From contig JAUCBJ010009051.1 of the NCBI GenBank assembly GCA_032718475.1, positions 1-64,000 of the forward strand: a stretch of DNA of 64,000 nucleotides. Reading direction: 5' to 3'. Under the pieces are notes generated by a model, which ran no database searches, was not told the DNA's origin, and saw nothing but the letters and a program-made list of their open reading frames with translations. The DNA is from Nemertoderma westbladi. Taxonomy: Eukaryota; Animalia; Xenacoelomorpha. Shown here in pieces: positions 40,469 through 53,847 of this stretch. Each line of letters opens with the position of its first letter. Within the stretch, counting starts at the first letter, position 1. Both the position numbers and the translations under genes were made by a program.

Positions 40469-40850
40469 GGGGGCCGTCCAAGTATGACGTCAGCACTTTA
40501 GGGGGGGGGGGGGGGGGGTGGGAAAATCTGATGACGTGCTGATGAGGGGAGGGGAGGGGGGTCAGCCAAAATCTGACGTCAGCATGTTCATTTATAGGTG
40601 CTAGAAGAGAGATATAGCAGAAGAGTAAATAGCTTGCCTATTTTAATTGTTCGAAGCCCCCGAAGGCCCGGTGCACGACCTTCTGTTTCCGTTACCAGTC
40701 ACCATGTTTGATTAGGACGCGAAATTTTTTTTTAATCTTATTTAGGGGAGGGGGGGGGGGGGGTCAACGCATATCTGATGACATCTGATTTAGGGGAGGG
40801 GGGGGTCAACATTTTGGGGAAAAGTGCAGACGTCATACTTGGACGGCCCC
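40469..40850. mobile_element. MITE with ~30-bp TIRs (PIF/Harbinger-like)
   Basis: TIRs ggggccgtccaagtatgacgtcagcacttt / aaagtgcagacgtcatacttggacggcccc (1 mismatch), flanked by TAT at 40466-40468 and 40851-40853. Internal G-runs and repeated tctgatgac motifs; no ORF. Confidence 0.85.
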
Positions 40851-40951
40851 TATCTAGACTTTAAACTGGTTTGAAAATTCGAGTTTTCATTCCCATTTCT
40901 TGTGAAACGCAATAAAGCAGTTAGCTAGCTAGCTACCTTAAGTTAGGGGTA

Positions 40952-41452
40952 GGAAGTCAGCTGATTAACCGGGTTGGAAGTCAGCTGATTAACCGGGTTC
41001 GGAGTCAGCTGATTAACCAGATTGGAAGTCAGCTGATTAACCGGGTAGTCAGCTGATTAACCGGGTTTGAAGGTAGCTGATTAACCGGGTAGTCAGCTGA
41101 TTAACCGGGTTGGAAGTCAGCTGATTAACCGGGTTCGAAGTCAGCTGATTAACCAGATTGTAAGTCAGCTGATTAACCGGGTAGTCAGCTGATTAACCGG
41201 GTTTTAAGTCAGCTGATTAACCGGGTTGGAAGTCAGCTGATTAACCGGGTTGGAAGTCAGCTGTTTAACCGGGTGGGATGTCAGCTGATTAACCGGGTTG
41301 GAAGTCAGGTGAATAACCGGATTGGATGTCAGCTGATTAACCGGGTTGGAAGTCCGCTGATTAACAGGGTTTGAAGTCAGCTGATTAACCGGGTTGGAAG
41401 TCCGCTGATTAACAGGGTTTGAAGTCAGCTGATTAATCGGGTTGGAAGTCAG
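40952..41452. repeat. 24-bp minisatellite (ggaagtcagctgattaaccgggtt), about 21 copies, with a 20-bp variant
   Basis: Direct inspection; merges into the 27-bp array at a shared GGAAGTCAG. Confidence 0.95.
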
Positions 41453-44400
41453 ACAACATAGGGAAGACAGAACCCAGGTATAACAGAGGGAAGTCAGAAC
41501 CCAGGTATAACAGAGGGAAGTCAGAACCCAAGTATAACAGAGGGAAGTCAGAACCCAGGTACAACAGAGGGAAGTCAGAACCCAGGTACAACAGAGGGAA
41601 GTCAGAACCCAGGTACAACAGAGGGAAGTCAGAACCCAGGTACAACAGAGGGAAGTCAGAACCCAGGAATAATAGAGGGAAGTCAGGTACAACAGAGGGA
41701 AGTCAGAACCCAGGTACAACAGAGGGAAGTCAGAACCGAGGTATAACAGAGGGAAGTCAGGTACAACAGAGGGAAGTCAGAACCCAGAGACAACATAGGG
41801 AAGTCAGAACCCAGGTACAACAGAGGGAAGTCAGAACCCAAGTATAACAGAGGGAAGTCAGGTAGAACAGAGGGAAGTCAGAACCAAGGTACAACATAGG
41901 GAAGTCAGAACCCAGGTATAACAGAGGGAAGTCAGAACCCAGGTATAACAGAGGAAGTCAGAACCCAGGTATAACAGAGGGAAGTCAGAACCCAGGTACA
42001 ACATAGGGAAGTCAGAACCCAGGTATAACAGAGGGAAGTCAGAACCCAGGTATAACAGAGGGAAGTCAGAACCCAGGTACAACAGAGGGAAGTCAGAACC
42101 CAGGTACAACAGAGAGAAGTCAGAACCCAGGTATAACAGAGGGAAGTCAGAACCCAGGTACAAAAGAGGGAAGTCAGAACCCAGGTACAACAGAGGGAAG
42201 TCAGAACCCAGGTACAACAGAGGGAAGTCAGAACCCAGGTATAACAGAGGAAGTCAGAACCCAGGTATAACAGAGGGAAGTCAGAACCCAGGTATAACAG
42301 AGGGAAGTCAGAACCCAGGTACAACATAGGGAAGTCAGAACCCAGGTATAACAGAGGGAAGTCAGAACCCAGGTACAACAGAGGGAAGTCAGAACCCAGG
42401 TACAACAGAGGGAAGTCAGAACCCAGGTATAACAGAGGAAGTCAGAACCCAGGTACAACAGAGGGAAGTCAGAACCCAGGTACAACATAGGGAAGTCAGA
42501 ACCCAGGTATAACAGAGGGAAGTCAGAACCCAGGTACAAAAGAGGGAAGTCAGAACCCAGGTACAACAGAGGGAAGTCAGAACCCAGGTACAACAGAGGG
42601 AAGTCAGAACCCAGGTATAACAGAGGAAGTCAGAACCCAGGTATAACAGAGGGAAGTCAGAACCCAGGTACAACATAGGGAAGTCAGAACTCAGGTATAA
42701 CAGAGGGAAGTCAGAACCCAGGTATAACAGAGGGAAGTCAGAACCCAGGTACAACATAGGGAAGTCAGAACCCAGGTATAACAGAGGGAAGTCAGAACCC
42801 AGGTACAACAGAGGGAAGTCAGAACCCAGGTACAACAGAGGGAAGTCAGAACCCAGGTACAACAGAGAGAAGTCAGAACCCAGGTACAACGGAGGGAAGT
42901 CAGAACCCAGGTATAACAGAGGGAAGTCAGAACCCAGGTATAACAGAGGGAAGTAAGAACTCAGGTATAACAGAGGGAAGTCAGAACCCAGGTATAACAG
43001 AGGGAAGTCAGAACCCAGGTACAACAGAGGGAAGTCAGAACTCAGGTACAACAGAGGGAAGTCAGAACCCAGGTATAACATAGGGAAGTCAGAACCCAGG
43101 TACAACAGAGGGAAGTCAGAACCCAGGTACAACAGAGGGAAGTCAGAACCCAGGTACAACAGAGGGAAGTCAGAACTCAGGTACAACAGAGGGAAGTCAG
43201 AACCCAGATACAACAGAGGGAAGTCAGAACCCAGGTACAACAGAGGGAAGTCAGAACCCAGGTACAACAGAGGGAAGTCAGAACCCAGGTACAACAGAGG
43301 GAAGTCAGAACCCAGGTATAACAGAGGGAAGTCAGAACCCAGGTATAACAGAGGGAAGTCAGAACCCAGGTACAACAGAGGGAAGTCAAAACCCAGGTAT
43401 AACAGAGGGAAGTCAGAACCCAGGTATAACAGAGGGAAGTCAGAACCCAGGTATAACAGAGGGAAGTCAGAACCCAGGTAAAACAGAGGGAAGTCAGAAC
43501 CCAGGTATAACAGAGGGAAGTCAGAACCCAGGTATAACATAGGGAAGTCAGAACCCAGGTATAACAGAGGGAAGTTAGAACCCAGGTATAACAGAGGGAA
43601 GTCAGAACCCAGGTATAACAGAGGGAAGTCAGAACCCAGGTACAACAGAGGGAAGTCAGAACCCAGGTATAAAAGAGGGAAGTCAGAACCCAGGTATAAC
43701 AGAGGGAAGTCAAAACCCAGGTATAACAGAGGAAAGTCAGGTACAACAGAGGGAAGTCAGAACCCAGGTATAACAGAGGGAAGTCAGAACCCAGGTATAA
43801 CAGAGGGAAGTCAGAACCCAGGTACAACATAGGGAAGTGAGAACCGAGGTATAACAGAGGAAGTCAGAACCCAGGTATAACAGAGGGAAGTCAGAACCCA
43901 GGTATAACAGAGGGAAGTCAGAACCCAGGTATAACAGAGGGAAGTCAGAACCCAGGTACAACAGAGGGAAGTCAGAACCCAGGTACAACAGAGGGAAGTC
44001 AGAACCCAGGTACAACAGAGGGAAGTCAGAACCCAGGTATAACAGAGGGAAGTCAGGTACAACAGAGGGAAGTCAGAACCCAGGTATAACAGAGGGAAGT
44101 CAGAACCCAGGTACAACAGAAGGAAGTCAGAACCGAGGTATAACCGAGGGAAGTCAGAACCCAGGTATAACAGAGGGAAGTAAGAACCCAGGTATAACAT
44201 AGGGAAGTCAGAACCCAGGTATAACAGAGGGAAGTCAGAACCCAGGTACAACAGAGGGAAGTCAGATACCAGGTACAACATAGGGAAGTCAGAACCGAGG
44301 TATAACAGAGGGAAGTCAGAACTCAGATACAACAGAGGGAAGTCAGAACCCAGGTACAACAGAGGGAAGTCAGAACCCAGGTACAACAGAGGGAAGTCAG

Positions 44401-45476
44401 AACCCAGGTATAACAGAGGGAAGTCAGAAACCAGGTATAACAGAGGGAAGTCAGAACCCAGGTATAACAGAGGGAAGTCAGGTACAACAGAGGGAAGGCA
44501 GAACTCAGGTATAACAGAGGGAAGTCAGAACCCAGGTATAACAGAGGGAAGTCAGAACCCAGGTATAACAGAGGGAAGTCAGGTACAACAGAGAGAAGTC
44601 AGAACACAGGTATAACAGAGGGAAGTCAGAACCCAGGTATAACAGAGGGAAGTTAGAACCCAGGTATAACATAGGGAAGTCAGAACCCAGGTATAACAGA
44701 GGGAAGTCAGAACCCAGGTATAACAGAGGGAAGTCAGAACCCAGGTATAACAGAGGGAAGTCAGGTACAACAGAGGGAAGTCAGGTACAACAGAGAGAAG
44801 TCAGAACACAGGTATAACAGAGGGAAGTCAGAACCCAGGTATAACAGAGGGAAGTCAGAACCCAGGTATAACATAGGGAAGTCAGAACCCAGGTATAACA
44901 GAGGGAAGTCAGAACCCAGGTATAACAGAGGGAAGTCAGAACCCAGGTATAACAGAGGGAAGTCAGGTACAACAGAGGGAAGTCAGAACCCAGGTATAAC
45001 AGAGGGAAGTCAGAACCCAGGTATAACAGAGGGAAGTCAGGTACAACAGAAAGAAGTCAGAACACAGGTATAACAGAGGGAAGTCAGAACCCAGGTATAA
45101 CAGAGGGAAGTCAGAACCCAGGTATAACAGAGGGAAGTCAGGTACAACAGAGAGAAGTCAGAACACAGGTATAACAGAGGGAAGTCAGAACCCAGGTATA
45201 ACAGAGGGAAGTCAGAACCCAGGTATAACAGAGGAAAGTCAGGTACAACAGAGGGAAGTCAGAACCCAGGTATAACAGAAGGAAGTCAGAACCCAGGTAC
45301 AACAGAGGGAAGTCAGAACCCAGGTATAAAAGAGGGAAGTCAGAACCCAGGTACAACAGAGGGAAGTCATAAACCAGATACAACAGAGGGAAGTCAGAAC
45401 CCAGGTACAACAGAGGGAAGTCAGAACCCAGGTATAACAGAGGGAAGTCAGGTACAACAGAGGGAAGTCAGAACCC
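41444..45476. repeat. 27-bp satellite, left arm (gtcagaacccaggtayaacagagggaa; 20- and 26-bp variants)
   Basis: Direct inspection; the 20-bp variant lacks aacccag. Confidence 0.98.
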
Positions 45477-47458
45477 CCTAAACAATCAGATTTTTTGCAA
45501 AATTTTGAAAATACAATTTTATGTAATCTTAGGTCAGACTGTGAAATATATTTCTTAGGTGATTTTAATATCTGTTACCATCACAAAGCATCCCCCATCT
45601 GTAAACAGTACCAAAGTATTTTAAATTTGTTTGGTTTAAAACAAATTATTCGAGATTCTACCAGAATTACCAGTAAAACTTCTACTTTACTAGATCACAT
45701 CCTTTGTAATAATACCGATATTATTTCTCAATCTGGGGTTTTACCTATAGGTCTAAGCGATCATTTTATAGTTTTTTGCACAAGAAAGACACAAAAATCT
45801 TTTTTCGGGGATCATAAAACAGTAACAGTTAGGTCTATGAAAAATTACAGCAAGGAACGCTTTTTAAGTTTGTTAGTTAATTCTGACTGGGAACCCTGTT
45901 TTAAGGCCGCTTTGCGTACACTGTTTTTAAAGATATATTTTTAAAGGCACTTAATACTGTAGCACCAATTAAAGAAATTAGTCTTAAACAACGCACTGAG
46001 CCCTGGATGACCTCGGGAATTCTTAGTAATATCAGAGAAAGAGATAACTATTTGTATAAATTTAGGAAATACCGTGTTTTAGCTGATTATAATAATTACT
46101 GCAAATATAGAAACCTTGTCCAACGGGAAATAAAAAAAGCTAAATCTGAATATTTGTACAACAAAATAAGTGAGAATAAAGATAATCCTAAAAGTCTATG
46201 GTCTACCCTAAAATCTTTAGGTTATAAAAACCTCAAATCTAAATCGAATATTGTTCTGCAAGATAACGGTGAGCTGATTCATGATCATACTCTAGTTAGT
46301 AATTTATTTAATAATTATTTTACTAATGTTGCCTCTAATTTAGTTAAGAAATTACCGTTATCAAGTAATAAATATAGTATAGGGTCCGAAACTCTAAAAA
46401 ATTTTTATTTAGAAAAGTTACAAAATTCAGAAAAGTTATTTTTAAAACCCGTTTCTGAGGATTTCGTTTTTAAAAATCTACTTAGCCTATCAGCCTCAAA
46501 AAGTACCGGTCTAGATCTAATACCTGCCCGTTTTCTTAAGGATGGTGCTGAAGTACTTAAAGTGCCTATTACTTTTATTATTAATTACTCTATCGTAGAT
46601 AATGTAGTACCAGACGAACTGAAATTAGCTAAGGTTGTTCCTCTGTATAAAAAGAATAGTAAAGTAGAACCCTGTAATTACAGACCTGTTAGTATCTTAA
46701 GTATTGTATCTAAAATTCTAGAACGTTCTGTTTTTCTACAGCTGGAGGCACATCTTAGTAGGCTAAATCTGATCTATGAACTTCAGTCCGGTTTTCGTAA
46801 ATCATATTCTACAGACACCTGCCTTATTAACTTAACTGATACAATTAGATGTAATAACGCAAAGGGTTTATATACCGGTATGGTAATGTTGGACCTACAA
46901 AAGGCTTTCGATACTGTAGATCACGAAATTCTGCTTGGTAAGTTAGGCCTGATGGGTGTAGGTTCTATAGACTGGTTCAAGTCCTACCTGTCAGACAGAG
47001 GTCAAACTGTAGTCATTAGCAAATCGCTGTCTACTGTACAAGAGATTACCTGTGGTGTACCGCAAGGTAGTATATTAGGTCCTCTGCTTTTTGTATGCTA
47101 TGTAAATGATATGATAAGTAGTATAGATCCCGATTTTAAACTCATTTTATATGCCGACGACAGTGCTCTTATTTTCTCTCATAAAGATCCTATCCATATT
47201 TCCCAAAAGTTAAGTGCAGTTCTAGAATCCTGTAATGAGTGGTTGGTTGATAATAAGCTATCCATTCACTACGGTAAAACTGAAAGTATTTTGTTTGGTT
47301 CCAAAAGAAAGTTAAAGAAGGTAACTAAGTTTGAAGTCACTAGTAATGGACATAAGATTGAAAATAAAAAGGAAGTTAAATATTTAGGCGCCACATTGGA
47401 TAACTGCTTATCAGGAGAAAGTACAGTGAAAAATATTTTCTCGAAAGTTAATCTATCT
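45477..47458 (+). mobile_element. Internal fragment of an APE-endonuclease/RT LINE (CR1/L2-group-like), truncated at both ends, one frameshift
   Basis: Begins at the (YR)PP motif; EN motifs LGDFN, TR, LDH, SDH. Frameshift near 45910, then PWM and RT motifs [36 protein letters not shown]. The ORF runs into satellite with no tail. agaaccc occurs at 45470-45476 and 47459-47465. Confidence 0.9.
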
Positions 47459-50400
47459 AGAACCCAGGTATAACAGAAGGAAGTCAGAACCCAGGTACAA
47501 CAGAGGGAAGTCAGAACCCAGGTATAACAGAGGGAAGTCAGAACCCAGGTACAACAGAGGGAAGTCAGAACCCAGGTATAACAGAGGGAAGTCAGGTACA
47601 ACAGAGGGAAGTCAGAACCCAGGTATAACAGAAGGAAGTCAGAACCCAGGTACAACAGAGGGAAGTCAGAACCCAGGTATAAAAGAGGGAAGTCAGAACC
47701 CAGGTATAACAGAGGGAAGTCAAAACCCAGGTATAACAGAGGAAAGTCAGGTACAACAGAGGGAAGTCAGAACCCAGGTATAACAGAGGGAAGCCAGAAC
47801 CCAGGTACAACAGAGGGAAGTCAGAACCCAGGTATAACAGAGGGAAGTCAGAACCCAGGTATAACAGAGGGCAGACAGATACCAGGTACAACATAGGGAA
47901 GTCAGAACCGAGGTATAACAGAGGGAAGTCAGAACTCAGGTACAACAGAGGGAAGTCAGAACCCAGGTATAACAGAGGGAAGTCAGAACCCAGGTATAAC
48001 AGAGGGAAGTAAGAACTCAGGTATAACAGAGGGAAGTCAGGTACAACAGAGGGAAGTCAGAACCCAGGTATAACAGAGGAAAGTCAGGTACAACAGAGGG
48101 AAGTCAGGTACAACAAAGGGAAGTCAGAACCCAGGTATAACAGAGGGAAGTCAGAACCCGGGTACAACAGAGGGAAGTCAGAACCCAGGTATAACAGAGG
48201 GAAGTCAGGTACAACAGAGGGAAGGCAGAACACAGGTATAACAGAGGAAAGTCAGAACCCAGGTATAACATAGGGAAGTCAGAACCCAGGTATAACAGAG
48301 GGAAGTCAGGTACAACAGAGAGAAGTCAGAACACAGGTATAACAGAGGGAAGTCAGAACCCAGGTATAACAGAGGGAAGTTAGAACCCAGGAATAACAGA
48401 GAGAAGTCAGAACCCAGGTATAACAGAGGGAAGTCAGGTACAACAGAGAGAAGTCAGAACACAGGTATAACAGAGGGAAGTCAGAACCCAGGTATAACAG
48501 AGGGAAGTTAGAACCCAGGTATAACAGAGGGAAGTCAGAAACCAGGTATAACAGAGGGAAGTCAGAACCCAGGTATAACAGAGGGAAGTCAGGTACAACA
48601 GAGGGAAGGCAGAACTCAGGTATAACAGAGGGAAGTCAGAACCCAGGTATAACAGAGGGAAGTCAGAACCCAGGTATAACAGAGGGAAGTCAGGTACAAC
48701 AGAGAGAAGTCAGAACACAGGTATAACAGAGGGAAGTCAGAACCCAGGTATAACAGAGGGAAGTTAGAACCCAGGTATAACATAGGGAAGTCAGAACCCA
48801 GGTATAACAGAGGGAAGTCAGAACCCAGGTATAACAGAGGGAAGTCAGAACCCAGGTATAACAGAGGGAAGTCAGGTACAACAGAGGGAAGTCAGGTACA
48901 ACAGAGAGAAGTCAGAACACAGGTATAACAGAGGGAAGTCAGAACCCAGGTATAACAGAGGGAAGTCAGAACCCAGGTATAACATAGGGAAGTCAGAACC
49001 CAGGTATAACAGAGGGAAGTCAGAACCCAGGTATAACAGAGGGAAGTCAGAACCCAGGTATAACAGAGGGAAGTCAGGTACAACAGAGGGAAGTCAGAAC
49101 CCAGGTATAACAGAGGGAAGTCAGAACCCAGGTATAACAGAGGGAAGTCAGGTACAACAGAAAGAAGTCAGAACACAGGTATAACAGAGGGAAGTCAGAA
49201 CCCAGGTATAACAGAGGGAAGTCAGAACCCAGGTATAACAGAGGGAAGTCAGGTACAACAGAGAGAAGTCAGAACACAGGTATAACAGAGGGAAGTCAGA
49301 ACCCAGGTATAACAGAGGGAAGTCAGAACCCAGGTATAACAGAGGGAAGTCAGGTACAACATAGGGAAGTCAGAACTCAGGTATAACAGAGGGAAGTCAG
49401 AACCCAGGTATAACAGAGGGAAGTCAGAACCCAGGTATAACAGAGGGAAGTCCGTTACAACAGAGAGAAGTCAGAACACAGGTATAACAGAGGGAAGTCA
49501 GAACCCAGGTATAACAGAGGGAAGTCAGAACCCAGGTATAACAGAGGGAAGTCAGGTACAACAGAGGGAAGTCAGAATCCAGGTACAACAGAGGGAAGTC
49601 AGAACCCAGGTATAACAGGGGGAAGTCAGAACCCAGGTACAACAGAGGGAAGTCAGATACCAGGTACAACATAGGGAAGTCAGAACCGAGGTATAACAGA
49701 GGGAAGTCAGAACTCAGGTACAACAGAGGGAAGTCAGAACCCAGGTACAACAGAGGGAAGTCAGAACCCAGGTACAACAGAGGGAAGTCAGAACCCAGGT
49801 ATAACAGAGGGAAGTCAGGTACAACAGAGGGAAGTCAGAACCCAGGTATAACAGATGGAAGTCAGAACCCAGGTACAACAGAGGGAAGTCAGAACCCAGG
49901 TATAACAGAGGGAAGTCAGAACCCAGGTATAACAGAGGGAAGTCAGAACCCAGGTATAACAGAGGGAAGTCAGAACCCAGGAACAACAGAGGGAAGTCAG
50001 AACCCAGGTATAACAGAGGGAAGTCAGGTACAACAGAGGGAAGTCAGAACCCAGGTATAACAGAGGAAAGTCAGAACCCAGGTACAACAGAGGGAAGTCA
50101 GAACCCAGGTACAACAGAGGGAAGTCAGAACCCAGGTACAACAGAGGGAAGTCAGAACCCAGGTACAACAGAGGGAAGTCAGGTACAACAGAGGGAAGTC
50201 AGAACCCAGGTATAACAGAAGGAAGTCAGAACCCAGGTACAACAGAGGGAAGTCAGAACCCAGGTATAACAGAAGAAAGTCAGAACCCAGGTACAACAGA
50301 GGGAAGTCAGAACCCAGGTATAACAGAGGGAAGTCAGAACCCAGGTACAACAGAGGGAAGTCAGAAGCCAGGTATAACAGAGGGAAGTCAGAACCCAGGT

Positions 50401-53400
50401 ACAACAGAGGGAAGTCAGAACCCAGGTACAACAGAGGGAAGTCAGAACCCAGGTATAACAGAGGGAAGTCAGAACCCAGGTACAACAGAGGGAAGTCAGA
50501 AGCCAGGTATAACAGAGGGAAGTCAGGTACAACAGAGGGAAGTCAGAACCCAGGTACAACAGAGGGAAGTCAGAACCCAGGTATAACAGAGGGAAGTCAG
50601 AACCCAGGTATAACAGAGGGAAGTCAGGTACAACAGAGGGAAGTCAGAACCCAGGTACAACAGAGGGAAGTCAGAACCCAGGTATAACAGAGGGAAGTCA
50701 CAACCCAGGTACAACAGAGGGAAGTCAGAACCCAGGTATAACAGAGGGAAGTCAGGTACAACATAGGGCAGTCAGAACCCAGGTATAACAGAGGGAAGTC
50801 AGAACCCAGGTATAACAGAGGGAAGTCAGAACCCAGGTACAACAGAGGGAAGTCAGAACCGAGGTATAACCGAGGGAAGTCAGAACCCAGGTATAACAGA
50901 GGGAAGTCAGAACCCAGGTATAACAGAGGGAAGTCAGAACCCAGAAACAACAGAAGGAAGTCAGAACCCAGGTACAACTGAGGGAAGTCAGGTACAACAT
51001 AGGGCAGTCAGAACCCAGGTGTAACAGAGGGAAGTCAGAACCCAGGTACGACAGAGGGAAGTCAGAACCCAGGTATAACAGAGGGAAGTCAGAACCCAGG
51101 TACAACATAGGGCAGTCAGAACCCAGGTGTAACAGAGGGAAGTCAGAACCCAGGTACGACAGAGGGAAGTCAGAACCCAGGTACAACAGAGGGAAGTCAG
51201 AACCCAGGTACAACAGAGGGAAGTCAGAACCCAGGTACAACAGAGGGAAGTCAGAACCCAGGTATAACAGAGGGAAGTCAGAACCCAGGTACAACATAGG
51301 GCAGTCAGAACCCAGGTGTAACAGAGGGAAGTCAGAACCCAGGTATAACAGAGGGAAGTTAGAACCCAGGTATAACAGAGGGAAGTCAGAACCCAGGTAT
51401 AACAGAGGGAAGTCAGAACCCAGGTACAACATAGGGCAGTCAGAACCCAGGTGTAACAGAGGGAAGTCAGAACCCAGGTATAACAGAGGGAAGTTAGAAC
51501 CCAGGTATAACAGAGGGAAGTCAGAACCCAGGTATAACAGAGGGAAGTCAGAACCCAGGTACAACATAGGGCAGTCAGAACCCAGGTGTAACAGAGGGAA
51601 GTCAGAACCCAGGTACGACAGAGGGAAGTCAGAACCCAGGTACAACAGAGGGAAGTCAGAACCCAGGTACAACAGAGGGAAGTCAGAACCCAGGTACAAC
51701 AGAGGGAAGTCAGGTACAACAGAGGGAAGTCAGAACCCAGGTATAACAGAAGGAAGTCAGAACCCAGGTACAACAGAGGGAAGTCAGAACCCAGGTATAA
51801 CAGATGAAAGTCAGAACCCAGGTACAACAGAGGGAAGTCAGAACCCAGGTATAACAGAGGGAAGTCAGAACCCAGGTACAACAGAGGGAAGTCAGAAGCC
51901 AGGAATAACAGAGGGAAGTCAGAACCCAGGTACAACAGAGGGAAGTCAGAACCCAGGTACAACAGAGGGAAGTCAGAACCCAGGTATAACAGAGGGAAGT
52001 CAGAACCCAGGTACAACAGAGGGAAGTCAGAAGCCAGGTATAACAGAGGGAAGTCAGGTACAACAGAGGGAAGTCAGAACCCAGGTACAACAGAGGGAAG
52101 TCAGAACCCAGGTATAACAGAGGGAAGTCAGAACCCAGGTATAACAGAGGGAAGTCAGGTACAACAGAGGGAAGTCAGAACCCAGGTACAACAGAGGGAA
52201 GTCAGAACCCAGGTATAACAGAGGGAAGTCAGAACCCAGGTACAACAGAGGGAAGTCAGAACCCAGGTATAACAGAGGGAAGTCAGGTACAACATAGGGC
52301 AGTCAGAACCCAGGTATAACAGAGGGAAGTCAGAACCCAGGTATAACAGAGGGAAGTCAGAACCCAGGTACAACAGAGGGAAGTCAGAACCGAGGTATAA
52401 CCGAGGGAAGTCAGAACCCAGGTATAACAGAGGGAAGTCAGAACCCAGGTATAACAGAGGGAAGTCAGAACCCAGGTACAACAGAGGGAAGTCAGAACCC
52501 AGGTGTAACAGAGGGAAGTCAGAAGCCAGGTACAACAGAGGGCAGTTATAACTCAGGCACAACAGAGGGAAGTTAGAACCCAGGTACAACAGAGGGAAGT
52601 CAGAACCCAGGTGTAACAGAGGGAAGTCAGAACCCAGGTACAACAGAGGGAAGTCAGAACCCAGGTACAACAGAGGGAAGTCAGAACCCAGGTGTAACAG
52701 AGGGAAGTCAGAACCCAGGTACAACAGAGGGAAGTCAGAACCCAGGTACAACAGAGGGAAGTCAGGTACAACATAGGGCAGTCAGAACCCAGGTGTAACA
52801 GAGGGAAGTCAGAACCCAGGTACAACAGAGGGAAGTCAGAACCCAGGTACAACAGAGGGAAGTCAGAACCCAGGTATAACAGAGGGAAGTCAGAACTCAG
52901 GTACAACTGAGGGAAGTCAGGTACAACATAGGGCAGTCAGAACCCAGGTGTAACAGAGGGAAGTCAGAACCCAGGTATAACAGAGGGAAGTCAGGTACAA
53001 CATAGGGCAGTCAGAACCCAGGTGTAACAGAGGGAAGTCAGAACCCAGGTACAACAGAGGGAAGTCAGAACCCAGGTACAACAGAGGGAAGTCAGAACCC
53101 AGGTATAACAGAGGGAAGTCAGAACTCAGGTACAACTGAGGGAAGTCAGGTACAACATAGGGCAGTCAGAACCCAGGTGTAACAGAGGGAAGTCAGAACC
53201 CAGGTATAACAGAGGGAAGTCAGGTACAACATAGGGCAGTCAGAACCCAGGTGTAACAGAGGGAAGTCAGAACCCAGGTACAACAGAGGGAAGTCAGAAC
53301 CCAGGTACAACAGAGGGAAGTCAGAACCCAGGTATAACAGAGGGAAGTCAGAACTCAGGTACAACTGAGGGAAGTCAGGTACAACATAGGGCAGTCAGAA

Positions 53401-53847
53401 CCCAGGTGTAACAGAGGGAAGTCAGAACCCAGGTATAACAGAGGGAAGTCAGGTACAACATAGGGCAGTCAGAACCCAGGTGTAACAGAGGGAAGTCAGA
53501 ACTCAGGTACAACTGAGGGAAGTCAGGTACAACATAAGGCAGTCAGAACCCAGGTGTAACAGAGGGAAGTCAGAACCCAGGTATAACAGAGGGAAGTCAG
53601 GTACAACATAGGGCAGTCAGAACCCAGGTGTAACAGAGGGAAGTCAGAACACAGGTATAACAGAGGGAAGTCAGAACCCAGGTATAACAGAGGGAAGTCA
53701 GAACCCAGGTACAACAGAGGGAAGTCAGAACACAGGTATAACAGAGGGAAGTCAGAACCCAGGTACAACAGAGGGAAGTCAGAACCCAGGTATAACAGAG
53801 GGAAGTCAGAACCCAGGTGTAAAAGAGGGAAGTCAGGTACAACATAG
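47459..53847. repeat. 27-bp satellite, right arm, with local higher-order repeats
   Basis: Same monomer; 229-bp units repeat at 52901, 53130 and 53359. Confidence 0.98.

Noticed and set aside
40940-40951. Telomeric TTAGGG at the start of the 24-bp array
   Set aside because: Single hexamer, not a tract.
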